Below are positions 29,001 through 41,111 of a stretch of DNA of 64,000 nucleotides, piece by piece; position 1 is the stretch's first letter, and every line of letters begins with the position of its first letter. The stretch is from an uncultured Elusimicrobia bacterium (lineage in GTDB: Bacteria > Elusimicrobiota > Elusimicrobia > 2-01-FULL-59-12). The notes below the pieces were generated by a model, which saw only the letters and a list, made by a program, of their open reading frames with translations, searched no databases and was not told the DNA's origin. The stretch lies in contig OY969767.1 in the NCBI GenBank assembly GCA_963702895.1, positions 1,376,001 to 1,440,000 on the forward strand, written 5' to 3'. The position numbers and the translations under genes are program-made.

Positions 29001-32000
29001 CAACACGAAACTCAAGACCCGGATTCCGAAATCGCCGTTGAGGAGAAGCCTCTCGTCATCATGGCCGAAGATGACCGCCTGCGCCGGCCGCGTATCTTTG
29101 ACGAGATCACAAAATTCCTTGGTGATGCCTATGCTTATCGCGTCTGCAACGATGGGCTTGAAGCGTGGAAAGTCATTGAGGACGCTATAGCATCCGGCCG
29201 CCCCATTGCCCTTCTCGTCACCGACATCTCCATGCCCGGAATTTCGGGATCGGAATTGACGGCACGTCTGCTCGCGTTGCACCCATATGTCCCCATCATC
29301 ATTCATACCACCGAAGCTATGGACGACCTCAGACAAGCGTTCATGGACCCCCGCGTTCGAATCGTTGCCAAAGAAAATTACGCTGGCCTTCGAAGCGATA
29401 TTGCGGAACTTCTGAAGTTGCCCCCCAACGCCGCGGTCGGTAGCGCGGATTCAGCTCCGATGCCGCAGGATGACCCATCACCCGCCAAAAAGACAACTGA
29501 ACCGGCCGCGGGGACTCCTGCAACTCCTGAGCCATCGTCCACAGAACCACAAGCATGGTTGTCGTCGTTCCACGACCAAACCGAAGTCTGGGTGTTCTTC
29601 TTGATCGGCGCCTCCCTGCTCGCGGCCCAAGGTCACATCTTCCCGGTGACCGCGGACTCCGAGACGATGCCTGTGGGTCTTCCCGTGTTTCTTGGATTGG
29701 GGCCCCCTTACAATTTCATTGTCGGTGCTTTTGATCGGGCCCTCCGCCGGATTTTTCCACCTCTGTTTTCGGGACCGGCTGAAGCGTTCACAAATCTGAC
29801 GCCGGAATGGTTTCGAGCGTCCTACAGCGCTTGGCTGCAAACTAAGCGAGGCCGTGCGCTCACGACGGAGGAAGAAACTGAAATTGATCGGTTTGCGCGA
29901 CTCTTGGCTCCCCCGCTGAATCCCATACGCGCAGAAAAACCGACCTGGAAGGACGAATGGAACTCTGCGTACCGGTACATTTTTTTAGGGCAACCTTTGG
30001 ACCTCAAGTCAAAGCGCGCACCAGCGGAAAACGCGACCTCCCTTGGTGAATTGAACGACGCGCTGAAGATTATCGACGGCTACCCCCGCCTATGTTTAAC
30101 GGCTGCCCCCTTGGCGTTTAAGATCCTTCAGGCGCGGGGCTTTTCCGTTCGAAGGGTGAGACGGACGAGATTCGAGGGGATCGTTGAACACGAGTATGTC
30201 GAAGTCGAAGTGGCGGGGCAGTGGCTCATTGTTGATTTGGTGGCGAGCCAATTCGGCATCTTGCAAACCTGGGGTGTTGTCGCGATCCCGAAAGAAATCG
30301 CGACATCCGAGCCTGCCGTGCAGATCTACACGTACGGGGAAGCGGTCGTAAAGGAACAGGCCTTGCTGCCATCCAACCCTGAGACCCCAGGTGTTAGCGA
30401 TAGCCGCGATCTCATCGGACTTGACGCGGTACGGTTTGTTCTATCGAATCAGATGGGACGGAGACTCCCCGAGACCACCATTCAAGAATTGACCAGCTAC
30501 ATCGAAGACTTCTTAAGGGCGCATCAGCTGGAATGGTTGCTGGACCGTGCCAGCATCACGGAGACACGACAGGGGGTGCGGGACAGCACCTCGGAGCTCC
30601 ATGCAGGGCACCAAAACCAAAACAGCCTCGACTGGGTCGAACCCGCGCTGGCTGCGCGCGGCGCCTCCAGGGACACGATCTACCAGCTCAGGTACACTCT
30701 GCCTGGACGATCTCCTCGTAACACTCACGCCGTTTATGAAGCGGTGTCTGCTCTCCTGTTGACGCTCGTGCCGGATGACGTGCCAGTCTATCGCTGGATC
30801 GAGCCCGCCCATGCTGGCCTCCCGGGCGGCGACAGCATGCGAAGCTATTGGGCCGTTGCAACGGCCCAAAACAACAAAGACTTTGCCCATTCAGGCCGTA
30901 TCCTTCTTAAAAGCTATTTTGGACGCCTCAGGCAGACAGGCGTCTTGGTTGACGATACGGGCGTTGACTTCCCAGCCATCTCTCTGATCCATGATCGAAG
31001 AAACGGCCTTGTTTCGCATGAGGTTGTAACTCCTCAACTCGTGCAACCTGGTCCCACCGCATCCACGCTTTCCTCTGCTTTCTCAATACTGGCGGTCTGG
31101 TTGCCCATCCTGATCGGCGCCTCCCTGCTCGCGGTCCAGATGGCATCCGGCCAGTTCTTCCCGGGAGCCGCACAACCAGAAGCCCTGCAGGCGGGCGGCG
31201 CGGCCATGGGGCTGGGCTGGCTCTTCTTGCGTTTGATGGATCTGGTCTCTGCGCCTGAAGGACGCCACGTGGATCCAAGCCCGTCCAGGACGGCGAAAAC
31301 CCAGGCGGCCGATCTGGGAATAGTCTTCAAGCCCCATCTGCTTGAACAATTGCGATATGCGCTCCAAGGCCCCCGTATCGAAGTTTTGAAACGGTTGTTG
31401 GAGTGGGCGGAAGGGTCCGAACTGCGAGGATTGTATCTTCGCACTACCCTGATGCAGCTTGTCGAGGACAATCCCTCATTCGGGGATCGCTTTCATCAAA
31501 AAACGCTTGCCTTGTTCCGGGAGCTGCGCTCGACACCGACACGTTCGACGGTGCAGTACCTGGCATCCCTATTCACGAAAGACAGTACCGCAGGGGTATG
31601 GCTAAAAAACAACCGGATATTCTTGTGGGACGCCACTCACACCTTCGAAGGTCGAATCAATGTGCGGTATTCCCTAAGCTCCGGCCAACGTCAAGCCTTG
31701 GTCGGCGATCTTCTTGTCCCGGAGTCCGGCTCCACCTTCCTGCTGGAATCGGTCCGGGAGGTCTTGAACGACAACCGTATTGGCGATGACGATTTGAACT
31801 ATCCGCTGCAGGTAACAATGATTCAGGAAGGGCTTCGTCAAAAGGTTTACGCCGTGTTCGTCGAATTGAAGGACGGCCGAATGGCGCCGTTTGTCATATC
31901 GGTGCCCCAGAGCGTGAAGCAGAACAACATGGTCAGGAAGGAATTCGAATACTTGCGCCTCCACATAGGTGATCCGCATGCTTTGAGCGTCCTTCGATTA

Positions 32001-32972
32001 GGGTCTGTCAAGCTGGGCGGCACTAAATTCTATGTTTACAGCAGTCTTTTTCTTGACCGATATTCCGAAGTGGTCTACCACCACCGGAGGGCTGGTCTCT
32101 TTCAAAGTAGCCCGGGAGCGTTTCTAGCAACATCCTCGCAGCCACCCCAAACGGTGAGGCTGACCCCCTACGACGCAGCGCGAGTTCTTTCCAAAATTGT
32201 CGCCGTCCTGGTTCATTTTTATGATCCGGAAAAACGCACCATGCTGGGCGGAGTTGATGTGCCTGCCGGAGATTTCAACTTCCCGGATTCCGCGTTCCTG
32301 GATTTCGAGCCGCGAACAGCCACCGTCATTGACACAGACCAACCGGTGAAACTGATCGCCTGGCGGTCCATCGCCCATGGGGTCGACCCAGCAGCATTTA
32401 TTGATTACGTCCTGAGCCTGCGCTATTTGAATTCCAATCCCAGGCTCATTGATTTTGACAGCAACCTCAAAATCGGTGTCCTTGCAGGATTGCGAAGCGG
32501 GCTGATTGCGCGGTACGGATACGAGGAAGGCCAGCGAATACTAACACGCTGGTTCCAGGCGTATGCTGATGCCGTTGATCAGGACCGGTTTATAGAAAAT
32601 GGATTTTTCCAACTTGATGCGCTGCACGGATTCCTGGAGCAGCTCACGGCTCCCAACTCCGGGAAAGCCGGCCCTCGACCCGAGCCGGCGGTTCGCTCTT
32701 CCCGCGCCGGCAAGCTTATCGGCATCCTCTTGATCGCTGGTGCCGCGGCTGCCGCACGTCACGCTGTCCCGGGAATCATCGACATCGGCGCGGGTTCCGA
32801 TTTGATCGGCCGGATTGCCGGGACAGACCTGTTCGCTGGCTCGGCAGTTACTCAGGCCGGCGGCTTGGGCGTGGCGTTGGGCTTGCTCATGGCTTATGGC
32901 CTGGGCGCGCTGAGCCGCCGCTTGGCAAAGAACCATCCCGCTCGTCAACGGGCCTTGGGGCGGGCGGCATGA
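26028..32972 (+). CDS. Giant multidomain membrane protein 1 (~2310 aa)
   Basis: Uninterrupted ORF; AAGGAG upstream of ATG 26028. Clear motifs: ICMT/PEMT-like methyltransferase (VRHPIY...EE..L..RFG..Y..Y) and receiver domain (AEDD, TDISMPG). Tentative: Cys-His-Asp transglutaminase-like, ART-like and kinase-like regions. Confidence 0.85.
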   Translation: MIPFIFQRFVALLLVPSLLVDPLTAAALSNESPRPVDLAAARGVNFLNQALMERLTGAEFHPAASPKHISVVKDLIQRLREAAKGKVQGGSSTDHPSSGKVGHGDTAGSVNGNGMSRRDLLKQSALALMVQNLPAAAQAALEAVPMKRRTAFIQFLSAFQQTLEALPREVRDYHQDPDLQMGAGKFGELADAIRSLRAQGASSGFSSGALGDLQDIFKFLQGSVRQQVASPEWQTRFAPETLRMLQLAASSPNDFELEYRVGLSCRWLESNGIQVSREAALQSARDAVVTGQEPLGDYLQKWLTPLVSERVAPTVAQEAQQLARLGANPIQTADAFAVEFIREFQKHPGNAFWPNPDKFQKYVHGQARLKALDAFRSSVSELGTTLAKAGVRIDGGFVSAYSNDDWGFNKWMKDPAAYIQEIRRITWTSHVRGMMLQRLEEKRSRYNHVAYQRLRDSIFDIQDEGLDLDADPDTLFHQLESAMDAEGINRLPAIPANRVPPPMSQVKAPGGVPADLDSLVKDIAERATATDVEVRVFMDAKGAVRFFDIRPLDPNVRGLLRTLRGADLPFLKKRNGRPGWRYGMRISKGTPASKIKSRLLSGLDSGLWLDFYTAPQHDGSRLLPAQEPQASEPLLAPRMSIFSGPEWFERWGAPLESVMVGALASGIPALLLLLVGVDSSAPTVLNEAVLLPAMALLILTLGQWLAVDLYSGRHPLDRREAWDRLIRNGTWLRTPPQKVHGWATRIALGAGAAALLLQATPVLPLSLASYLAVVAGTYTLTHLAVHFHHNLTHDSDLRMSLRPAVRPPLNIPIMESLRERWKSILIAALSPLPFYLIPRIIQRLMKWPFPSDLEFMITLLFGFAIGMAGMIIYETAAHTLKSQRGAGTEPSGPLVTQGLYQWVRHPIYMGYFLAYGGILSMFSSLITTVPLFVVLPSVVYYCVDKAGAEETHLHARFGDLYRDYARRTPSFFPFRLPRLRLMSATAPAVDGQHETQDPDSEIAVEEKPLVIMAEDDRLRRPRIFDEITKFLGDAYAYRVCNDGLEAWKVIEDAIASGRPIALLVTDISMPGISGSELTARLLALHPYVPIIIHTTEAMDDLRQAFMDPRVRIVAKENYAGLRSDIAELLKLPPNAAVGSADSAPMPQDDPSPAKKTTEPAAGTPATPEPSSTEPQAWLSSFHDQTEVWVFFLIGASLLAAQGHIFPVTADSETMPVGLPVFLGLGPPYNFIVGAFDRALRRIFPPLFSGPAEAFTNLTPEWFRASYSAWLQTKRGRALTTEEETEIDRFARLLAPPLNPIRAEKPTWKDEWNSAYRYIFLGQPLDLKSKRAPAENATSLGELNDALKIIDGYPRLCLTAAPLAFKILQARGFSVRRVRRTRFEGIVEHEYVEVEVAGQWLIVDLVASQFGILQTWGVVAIPKEIATSEPAVQIYTYGEAVVKEQALLPSNPETPGVSDSRDLIGLDAVRFVLSNQMGRRLPETTIQELTSYIEDFLRAHQLEWLLDRASITETRQGVRDSTSELHAGHQNQNSLDWVEPALAARGASRDTIYQLRYTLPGRSPRNTHAVYEAVSALLLTLVPDDVPVYRWIEPAHAGLPGGDSMRSYWAVATAQNNKDFAHSGRILLKSYFGRLRQTGVLVDDTGVDFPAISLIHDRRNGLVSHEVVTPQLVQPGPTASTLSSAFSILAVWLPILIGASLLAVQMASGQFFPGAAQPEALQAGGAAMGLGWLFLRLMDLVSAPEGRHVDPSPSRTAKTQAADLGIVFKPHLLEQLRYALQGPRIEVLKRLLEWAEGSELRGLYLRTTLMQLVEDNPSFGDRFHQKTLALFRELRSTPTRSTVQYLASLFTKDSTAGVWLKNNRIFLWDATHTFEGRINVRYSLSSGQRQALVGDLLVPESGSTFLLESVREVLNDNRIGDDDLNYPLQVTMIQEGLRQKVYAVFVELKDGRMAPFVISVPQSVKQNNMVRKEFEYLRLHIGDPHALSVLRLGSVKLGGTKFYVYSSLFLDRYSEVVYHHRRAGLFQSSPGAFLATSSQPPQTVRLTPYDAARVLSKIVAVLVHFYDPEKRTMLGGVDVPAGDFNFPDSAFLDFEPRTATVIDTDQPVKLIAWRSIAHGVDPAAFIDYVLSLRYLNSNPRLIDFDSNLKIGVLAGLRSGLIARYGYEEGQRILTRWFQAYADAVDQDRFIENGFFQLDALHGFLEQLTAPNSGKAGPRPEPAVRSSRAGKLIGILLIAGAAAAARHAVPGIIDIGAGSDLIGRIAGTDLFAGSAVTQAGGLGVALGLLMAYGLGALSRRLAKNHPARQRALGRAA

Positions 32973-33023
32973 TCCAACTCCTTGCCCGGACCCTTCGCAG
33001 AGATGCAGAAAATCCAGGTTTTT

Positions 33024-36000
33024 ATGCATAGGACCATCCGAAGATCCGCTGCCGTCCTTTTGATTGTCTGCTTGGTGGTCGATCCGGCAACGGCGGCCGC
33101 TTTTTCGAGCAGCCCCCCCCTCTTGCCGCGGCCGTTGGCCAAAAGGTGCCCTCCCATTCCGCGTTTGAAACCCAAGCCCTGACTTTGGTCCTGGCGGCCA
33201 GCATCTTCTTCGGCGCGGCGCTCCATTCTCCCGGGCATCCGCCGGTGGCCAAGACCGTCGCGATGCTTCCGGCGGAAGATCGGACCCGCTCCCTGGGCGC
33301 CAGGCGAAAACGCAGGCCCCGGGGTCCGCGTTCTGCGGACGATGTTGCGAGGGCTCGTCCCCAACGGGTCAGATCAACAGCGGCAGATTTTGTGAGGCAA
33401 CAAGCCGCTGCCGGTCGCCTCGCCGAACTCCCCTATCGTCACAAGCTGATACTGACGGAACGATTCATCAAAGGGACATCTACGAAGAGGTTTGCTGTTC
33501 TTCATGACATGACAGTAACGGCGGTCATAAGCGCAACCAGAACAGCCTTATTGGAATTGCGTCGATTGGTCAAGCCCGCCGCAGTTGAGCCCGCAGGATC
33601 TGGAGATAACGGTCGCGCCGCACCCGCGCCTTCGGTCACGCACGCAGCAGACGCTGGAAACGCTGCCGGAACATCTCTTCCGGCAATTTCTCAGGATCAG
33701 CAATCCATCCTCGTCATATACCCTAACCTGAAACTCCTCCGCATCATGCATCCACCTGTCAAATCTGCATTGGATGATAACGGGCAGGACAGCCTGAGCC
33801 AGTTGACCGTACCTCAAGACCCTGAGCTTTTGGACAAATTGGGCATCGATCCTACAGAGCTTCACATCGTCATTGCCGGATCAACAGTGGATGTGCTGAA
33901 GATCCCCTCCAGCGATTGGTGGGTTTCTCACGACCCTCAAGTAGAGCAAGTCAAATTTCTTTGGATTCTGGTGCGCTCCTTGACCAACGAAAAGGGTTTG
34001 GTCGTGATCTCCCCGTGGAGTGATATCACCGATGCTCGCACGCAACTTCAAGCACTGAAAAAGGCTTATTCCTTGACGGGGCGAATAGAACGCTCCCCGC
34101 AAAATGACTATCCGACGCGCGACAAAGACGTCATCGTACGGCGGCGGGTGCGAGTCCTGGCCGTTGGGCCTGACTCGGACGCACCGTCGGAAACCGCGTT
34201 TCAACTCTTGAGAGTCAACACGAATCCAAAGTTGAAAGAAAAGGCAGATTTGGACTGGAAAGTCATCCAAACCCTCCAGACCTTCCAGGGAGACAGGCTC
34301 TCAGAGTTATGGGATGTGCTGAAGGCTCAAAAGATCCAATGCGATCTGGACAGCTTAAGGGCCAGCTTAAAGCGTATCACGACTCTCACAAATGCTGCAC
34401 CTAATGAGATTCAAAGGAGCAGGGAGTTTGATCGGGGCCCAAAGAGGCAGAGGACCCGCTTGCCCGCACAGAAACCGCTGATCTTTAAATCGGACTTGTC
34501 GGAAGAAGCCCTTGCTGCCTACACCGAAAAGGTTCCGGTTTTCGAGCGTCAGATTACGTACCAAGAGTTTGTGACACAGAACTATGACCCCGATCGCCGC
34601 TTGGAGGAGATTACACGTCAACTTCCTGGGTGGAACTCCCCTGATCGTGTTTCCATCCCGATACTTGTTAACCATCTTCTGAAGAATGCATTTTTCCCGT
34701 TTCCGGACCGGTCCAATGACCGGCAAGCTCACGTGTCCATGGAAATCAGCATGCTTGAGCCGTCGGATCCAGAAGAGCCCAGGGTCGTGAATATCCGCAT
34801 CCGTCAACCTTCGAGCACGCAGGCGGATTGGAATCGGTTGGAAGTCAATCATCGTGGATGGGTGAATCATGATCTCTTTTATTTCGCTCGCCCCGAATTG
34901 CGCGGCGACGAAGGCGCTCTGAGACCCGCTGGTCCTTCAAATCCAGCCGGAACAGGTCATGGGCTTTTGTTAGTCGCCCGGGTCTTGGCTGAGACACCTG
35001 CCTTATTGAAATTCACGCGCAGTTCCGATCCTCCATACTCCTTACAAACCGATCTGTACATCGCGTTAAGGGACCGCGGGACGCCCCGCCCGAACGTCTC
35101 GGCCGGCAGACTGGCGATCTGGCTCCCCTTCCTGCTTGTCGCGGCCGCCGCAGCACAGATCGTGCTAGGCCACTTCTTGCCGGAAGCCGGTCAGCCGGCC
35201 TTGCCTGTCCTGCAGGCCGGCTTCTCGAGCATTCTCGGGCTGGGAGCATTGCTGACAGCGGCCTTTCAGCCGCGATACGCCCCGGAAGGCGGCGGGTCAG
35301 GCTCCGGAGATAGCGCACCGGCCAGCGGTGTTGCCGCAACGGACGTCGTGAGCAAGCTGCAAATATATGGCGTCCCGGTTGAAACGGATTCGCGCGGTAC
35401 TTACGTGTCCCCGTCGCAAATGCCCCAGGCACCCTGGGTGATGGACCGCATGCGGGATCCGGAACAAGGAGCCCTCTATCCCATCCATGATATCCCCTCC
35501 CTGACGCTGAGTTTTCCACTGCATGAGCTCCCGGCACTTTCCAGGGACAGCCTTTCGATAAACTCAAGCGGTGTGTTCCTCGGCTTCGTAAATGAACTGG
35601 ATCATCCTGTGGCCATTAAAGTTTTGAACCGAGATCAGGGAGATACGGAACTCATGAACGCTCAAATCCTTGGCCGGATTGGGGGCAACCCCGCTTTCTA
35701 CGGCGTGATTCGCCTCTCCGACGGAGGGCTGGCCTATGCCATGCAGGCGGTTCGCTGCCTCCCCCTGGCCGAAAGCCTCGATTCGCAAGACAAGCAGTAC
35801 TTGGCTGAACGTGAGCTCCTGAAAAAACGCGCGATGACCCTGGCCGGCATATCGCTGATCGCATTTCGCAGAACACCGGAAGGCCACGCCATCGGCATCG
35901 ACGCGGGGGATGCCGGCGTCGTCGATGCAATAACCTACGGCCGTTACATCGCTGAACGGACCGCGGCCGCCCCCAAACGGAACGTCTGGATGCCGATCCT

Positions 36001-39000
36001 GATCGCCGTGAGCGCGGCCGCGCACATGGCGCTGGAGCACCTTCAATCTTCGATTCTTGGGTTTGGTCTGCTCAACGGACCGATCGACATGGCCGGGTTA
36101 GATTGGTTCGCCGAAGCGATGGTCTCTCAGGCGGGCGGGCCGGCGATCGCGCTGGGCTTTCTCGCTTGTGCTTTGTTTCAGAGGCTATGGGCGCCGGCTG
36201 ATCGCGGGTACGGCTCGGGCGACACCAGCCCTACCACTACACCAGCCGAGAATGCCACTTCGCCTGCCCCGACCTTCCGGTCGGCCGGGGAATTGTTCGG
36301 AAGCACTGTTCTCGACAGGCACCCGGGTGCCGCGTTGGGTGATCCGGCGCCGGAAGCAACCCCCTCGCCAGGATACACCCGGCCTTTGGACCAAGCCACG
36401 TTGGATCGGGTGGCCGCTCTTTTGGAACGCCGGGGACTTGGTTTTCTGCGACGCGTTGTGGGCATCACCAGGGTCCAAGTGACGGAAAAGCACGCTGCTC
36501 TTTATCTGATTAGGTCCACCATCCAACACCTTCTATTCACGAAGTCGATTTTCCAGGAAATTATCGTTCCGGATTTCGAGACCAACAAGATGCTCACGAG
36601 GATCCTCGCCCGCCTCCATGAACTGTTCGACCCTGTGACTCTGCTCAACAGCTTGTCGCAAACGGATGTCTATCAGGACTTGCCCGAACCGATCCGCCAG
36701 CGCTTGGCGGAGGCGCGCAAGCAGTTACCGCCTTCAAGAACGATGTCGGAGTCGAATCAAGACACGCTCCGGCTCATCGTCACAATCGGACTCTTGCACG
36801 AGCTCGGCAGGGTCATCTGGGATTGGATGCGACAGCTGGGGGATGATCCGCCAGGCATTGACGAGGAGGAACTGGCTGCCGACAAGCTGAACGAGTGGAG
36901 ACGACTGGCAGACGCGGCGGACCCGGACCTCTTGTGGGTCCGCGCCGCACTCAACGCGTACGGGCCGGGCCGACGCGAAGATGGCAGCAACACTTTTCCC
37001 GCCCAGCTCTTTGCCGAAAAGTTCGCCGTGTGGGCGTATCCGCCATTGTCCCGTTACTTTGGCGTGAAGCTTTCCGAAAAAGAGACCCAATTCTTTGACG
37101 AGCTTGCCATTTTCCTTCAAGCCACGACGGCGCAGCCCGGCCCCATTGTGCCGGCCGGCGTGTCAGACTTCTCGGTTGACATATTCATCGCCGGCGTGGT
37201 GCTGGATTCCCCCGAGGGGGAGAAGGTCGCAGCGGCGAGCAAGGCGTATCATGCGGCCAAGGAGGTCGTGACGCGATTACAGAATCAACACCGTTCCAAA
37301 GGTCACTCACCTATTCACGGGGACAGAGACCTCGAGGAAAGGACTCTTGTCGCCCGTACCCGGGACATGCAAACACGAGAGCGTGAACTGCGCGAGGCTT
37401 TGGCCGCTGCCGCCCATTCGGAGCAACCGCATTACTTCAATGGCGTGCTGAACGCGCTGGTGAGGTTGTTTGTCGCCGGCCAATTGCCCGCGGACGACCA
37501 CACGTTCGAAGACTTTCTGCGGCAGAACCGGGAGGTCAAAGAGAGCCAGGATGCGTGGATCCAGGATCACCGGGACAGCGAAGAGGGCGTCTTCAGCCTT
37601 AAGACATTACGGTTCGTTGCGTGGAAAGCCGTTCATGCAGCTCTATTGACGAAACTGCATCGGGATAATGGAGAGGCCATGTGGCACGCCCTGCAAAGAG
37701 TCGAGCAAAGGCTTAAGGCGTTACCGAAAAAGGAACGAAGCGAGCTCATCAAAGACAAAGCATTCATTGAAGGTGTGAAGAGCTATGCCCGCAAGGCTGG
37801 CGCCGATGTGCACGCAGAGTGGAACAGTACCTCTCAGGAAGGCATCGCCGGCGTGGTCATAGGACCCTCCCAGACCAACCGATCAGCTGTCGCGAGGAGC
37901 GACGCGGCCCCCGCCGCTGGCGATACGGCAGGCGATGAGAAGGTCAGCATCTCTCTGGATGGGGCCGCCACCCTAAGGACCCGCTCTAGCGCGCTCGCCA
38001 TTCAAGATCTGTTGCACCCTGCCATTCCCATCCGTGTGATGAACGACGAAGCGGGACGGCTGGTCTCCGGTCGAACACAACTCTGGACGGTCTGGGACAC
38101 TCCATTGGATAAGTTTGAGACCGATCTCGACTTTCATATTTTGACGTATCTCAAGACTCTTTTGGAACGTTATCCGGGCCGCCGGATCACGGTCGTGGAT
38201 TGGGGGTGCGGATCGGGGAAGGCGATCAGCGAACTTGCCCGCCTAGCCAAAGAGTTGAGCCCCAACCTCCGACTCATCGGTTATTCGGACCAGATTTACC
38301 GTGATTGGAATGAGGCTCCGGAGAATGTCACTTTCATTCTGGACACAGCAGACCAGCTGCCTGGTTATTTCAATGATGGAGACATTGACCTCGTCGTCAG
38401 TCATCACGGATTCTCCAAGCTCGGGGCGGACTATATTGGGCACCTGCGCCAGATGCACGGCCGAATGGCACCCCATGGAATCATTCGCCATCACAATGCG
38501 GGCTGGAGCATCAGAATCCATCAGGCACTTCCCGAGTACAGCATCCGATACTTTCCCTCGAAATGGCGGCGTCATGTGATTGAATTTGCCCCACTCCTGG
38601 TTCATTTAGACCCCGCACTCGCGTTGGACCAAGAGGCCCGGAGAGGAGAAAAGCACGCTTCTCCTACCCCAAAGGCAAATGAGACTCAGACTCAGCCCGC
38701 GCCCTTTCTTCTGCAGGCGATTGAACACCATCAGCCAGACGACACGTTTCCCCTTATCCATCTTCGCTCCAGCAAGACGAAGGAACCTTTCCAAATACGA
38801 CTTCGGCAATGGAATCCTTTGGATTTTAGTATTGAAGCTTCGGGCCGCCCCATCGGGGAGCTCAGGCTGAAACGGCTGTCCAATGCATTGGAGCTCAGCA
38901 GGATTCAACTGTATGAAAGATATGAACGCCGCGGTATTTCGGACGCCGTCATCCAGTGGCTTTCCGGTCAATTGGATGAGCGGCACCCCGCGCTCGAGCT

Positions 39001-40426
39001 CTCCACCCGCAAAGCGAATGTGCGGTCCAGTCTCGTGCGCCATTTCAGCGACGTGCAAATACGAACCCACGCGGGATACGTGCCCTTATCAGATCTTACA
39101 GGCCGGCTCCAGTTCGGCTTCAAGCGCCTTCGACGCTTCCGCGCCATGCAGCCAAAACAGCCAATTGACGAACCATCGGTTGCCACGCCGACATCCGACA
39201 TCAGCCTCAAGACCACCAGCATTTTTGTCGCAGGGATCCTGCAGGCCCCCCTGTGGGGGTATGGTCTGAGCCATATTCTTAGCGGGACTCCGGGTCTTTC
39301 CATGGGACACCTGCTCATTGGCGCAGGGTGGTCTTCGCTTCCCATCGCGACAGCTCTTTTTCTGACTGGCGGCTTTCTGGCGGCCGTGATTCCACTATCC
39401 CCTCCGAATCCTGCGGACAAGGTCCGCCTGTTGGGCTCTCAAGGGAAATGGCCGGGGGATGCGCTCCTTGAGGAGCTGGTCCGACTCGTGCAAAAAAAGC
39501 CGTCTATGAAGCAGCAAGATATTCAGTGGAGGGGTTACCGGATCACCGAGATCCTTTGGCAAATTCTCGATCAGCACCTGGGTTTTGACGGCCACACCAT
39601 TATCTACCCGGCCGGCGGGGCTGATGGATTGCCATCACGCTTTGCGGACACGATTGTGCTCAATCGCGACAGACTGGAGAATCAAGCACGCGAGACTTTC
39701 AGTCTGCCCAAGCCTGGGACACACCGTCTCACCTATCTCACGCTGGACGCGGCCAGTCCTGCCAATTACAACCAAGTCCGCTCCGACATCAAAACCCCGC
39801 AAACAACGTTACTGCTCAAGGGTCTCGAATGGATGCTCCCAACATCGAAGTTCTTTGTTCGGCGTTTGCGCGCGATTTGTAATGTCTTGCAACCGAATCG
39901 GGTGATCATCCTGCGCCGTGAGGATGCCGCTGCCGTGGTGCCTGTTCTTGCCGGCCTGGGCTATCGAGAGCGGACGGATTGGATTGATCGGACGCGCAAG
40001 AGAGTTCTTGAAGCGATCTTTAACTATATGTCCATATCGGTGCTGGATGAGGTTCAAACGCCATCCGGCCCCACGTTCATGATCCCCAATACAATCAGAC
40101 TGTTTGAAAGGAATAAGGGTCAACAGACCATGGCCGATCGAACGCCGCGGCATCGGGCCAATCGAAAGACAATCGCGCTTTTGGCCGCGGCGACACTCGA
40201 CGGCGGGCTCTTGGCCTGGGGCTGGGGCCACGTTCTTGACGGAGCGCAAATGCCGCTCGTCACCCAGGCCGCGTTCCTGGCGATGCCTACGTTCTCGTTG
40301 AGCACCGCCGCAGCGCTCTTCCTGGCCGGCGGCGCGCTTGTGTCGATCATAACGAAACAGACTCGTATATCGAGAGAATTTAACCGCCCATCTCGCACAC
40401 CCAGCCCGTTTCGCCAAGCCGCTTAA
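33024..40426 (+). CDS. Giant multidomain membrane protein 2 (~2470 aa); leader joined through a 1-nt frameshift near 33101-33120
   Basis: Leader MHRTIRRSAAVLLIVCLVVDP lies in a different frame from main ORF 33146-40426. Motifs: sigma-r4-like HTH, HATPase-like (LLKNA...GTGHGL), kinase-like (VAIK...ID), HELG zincin-like, SAM MTase (DWGCGSG), GNAT-like. Confidence 0.82.
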
Positions 40427-40526
40427 ATCACCCCCATCTTCGACTTCTCCGTAGCCGCACAGCCCGCACGAAACGCTTCAACAGGAAAAGATATAATCTT
40501 ACTGATGCGACTTTTTGGAGGTGTCT

Positions 40527-40742
40527 ATGTTTGATCGAATCACGTTTGACGCAAACATTATGGGCGGACGAGCCTGCATTCGCGGAATGCGGATTCCTGT
40601 TTCGGTGATCGTCGGGCAGGTGGCGCATGGAGCGACAGCCCGAGAAATCCTGAAAGGCTATCCTGACCTCAAAGAAGAAGACATCAAGCAGGCCATGGAA
40701 TATGCCGCCTGGCTGACTCAGGAAGAAGTGCACACGGCCTGA
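40527..40742 (+). CDS. DUF433 putative antitoxin
   Basis: MGGRACIRGMRIPV...YPDLKEEDI; GGAGGT RBS. Confidence 0.9.
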   Translation: MFDRITFDANIMGGRACIRGMRIPVSVIVGQVAHGATAREILKGYPDLKEEDIKQAMEYAAWLTQEEVHTA

Positions 40743-40751
40743 GGACGAACC

Positions 40752-41111
40752 ATGCGGTTTCTGGCTGATATGTGCGTCTCCCTGGAAGTCGTCGAGTGGC
40801 TCCGACAGCAACAGCATGACACCAAGCATCTCCGAGAGGAAAACCTTCACAGGCTGCCGAATGGAGACATCTTCAAGAAGGCGGCCGCAGAAAATAGGAT
40901 CCTCCTCACCTTTGATTTGGACTTCGGAGAAATCGTAGCGCTGGCGAAAGGAAACCAAACGGGCGTTATTTTGTTCAGGCTCTACGACACGCGGCCCGTG
41001 CATGTGATCGAACGCCTAAAGGTCCTCCTAGCTGATGCTCCTCCCGCCCTCAACAACAGCATCATTACTGTTGAAGAAACCCGCTACCGAATCCGCCATT
41101 TCCCCACTTGA
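40752..41111 (+). CDS. DUF5615 PIN-like putative toxin
   Basis: MRFLADMCV...RILLTFDLDFGE...GVILFRL. Confidence 0.9.
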   Translation: MRFLADMCVSLEVVEWLRQQQHDTKHLREENLHRLPNGDIFKKAAAENRILLTFDLDFGEIVALAKGNQTGVILFRLYDTRPVHVIERLKVLLADAPPALNNSIITVEETRYRIRHFPT

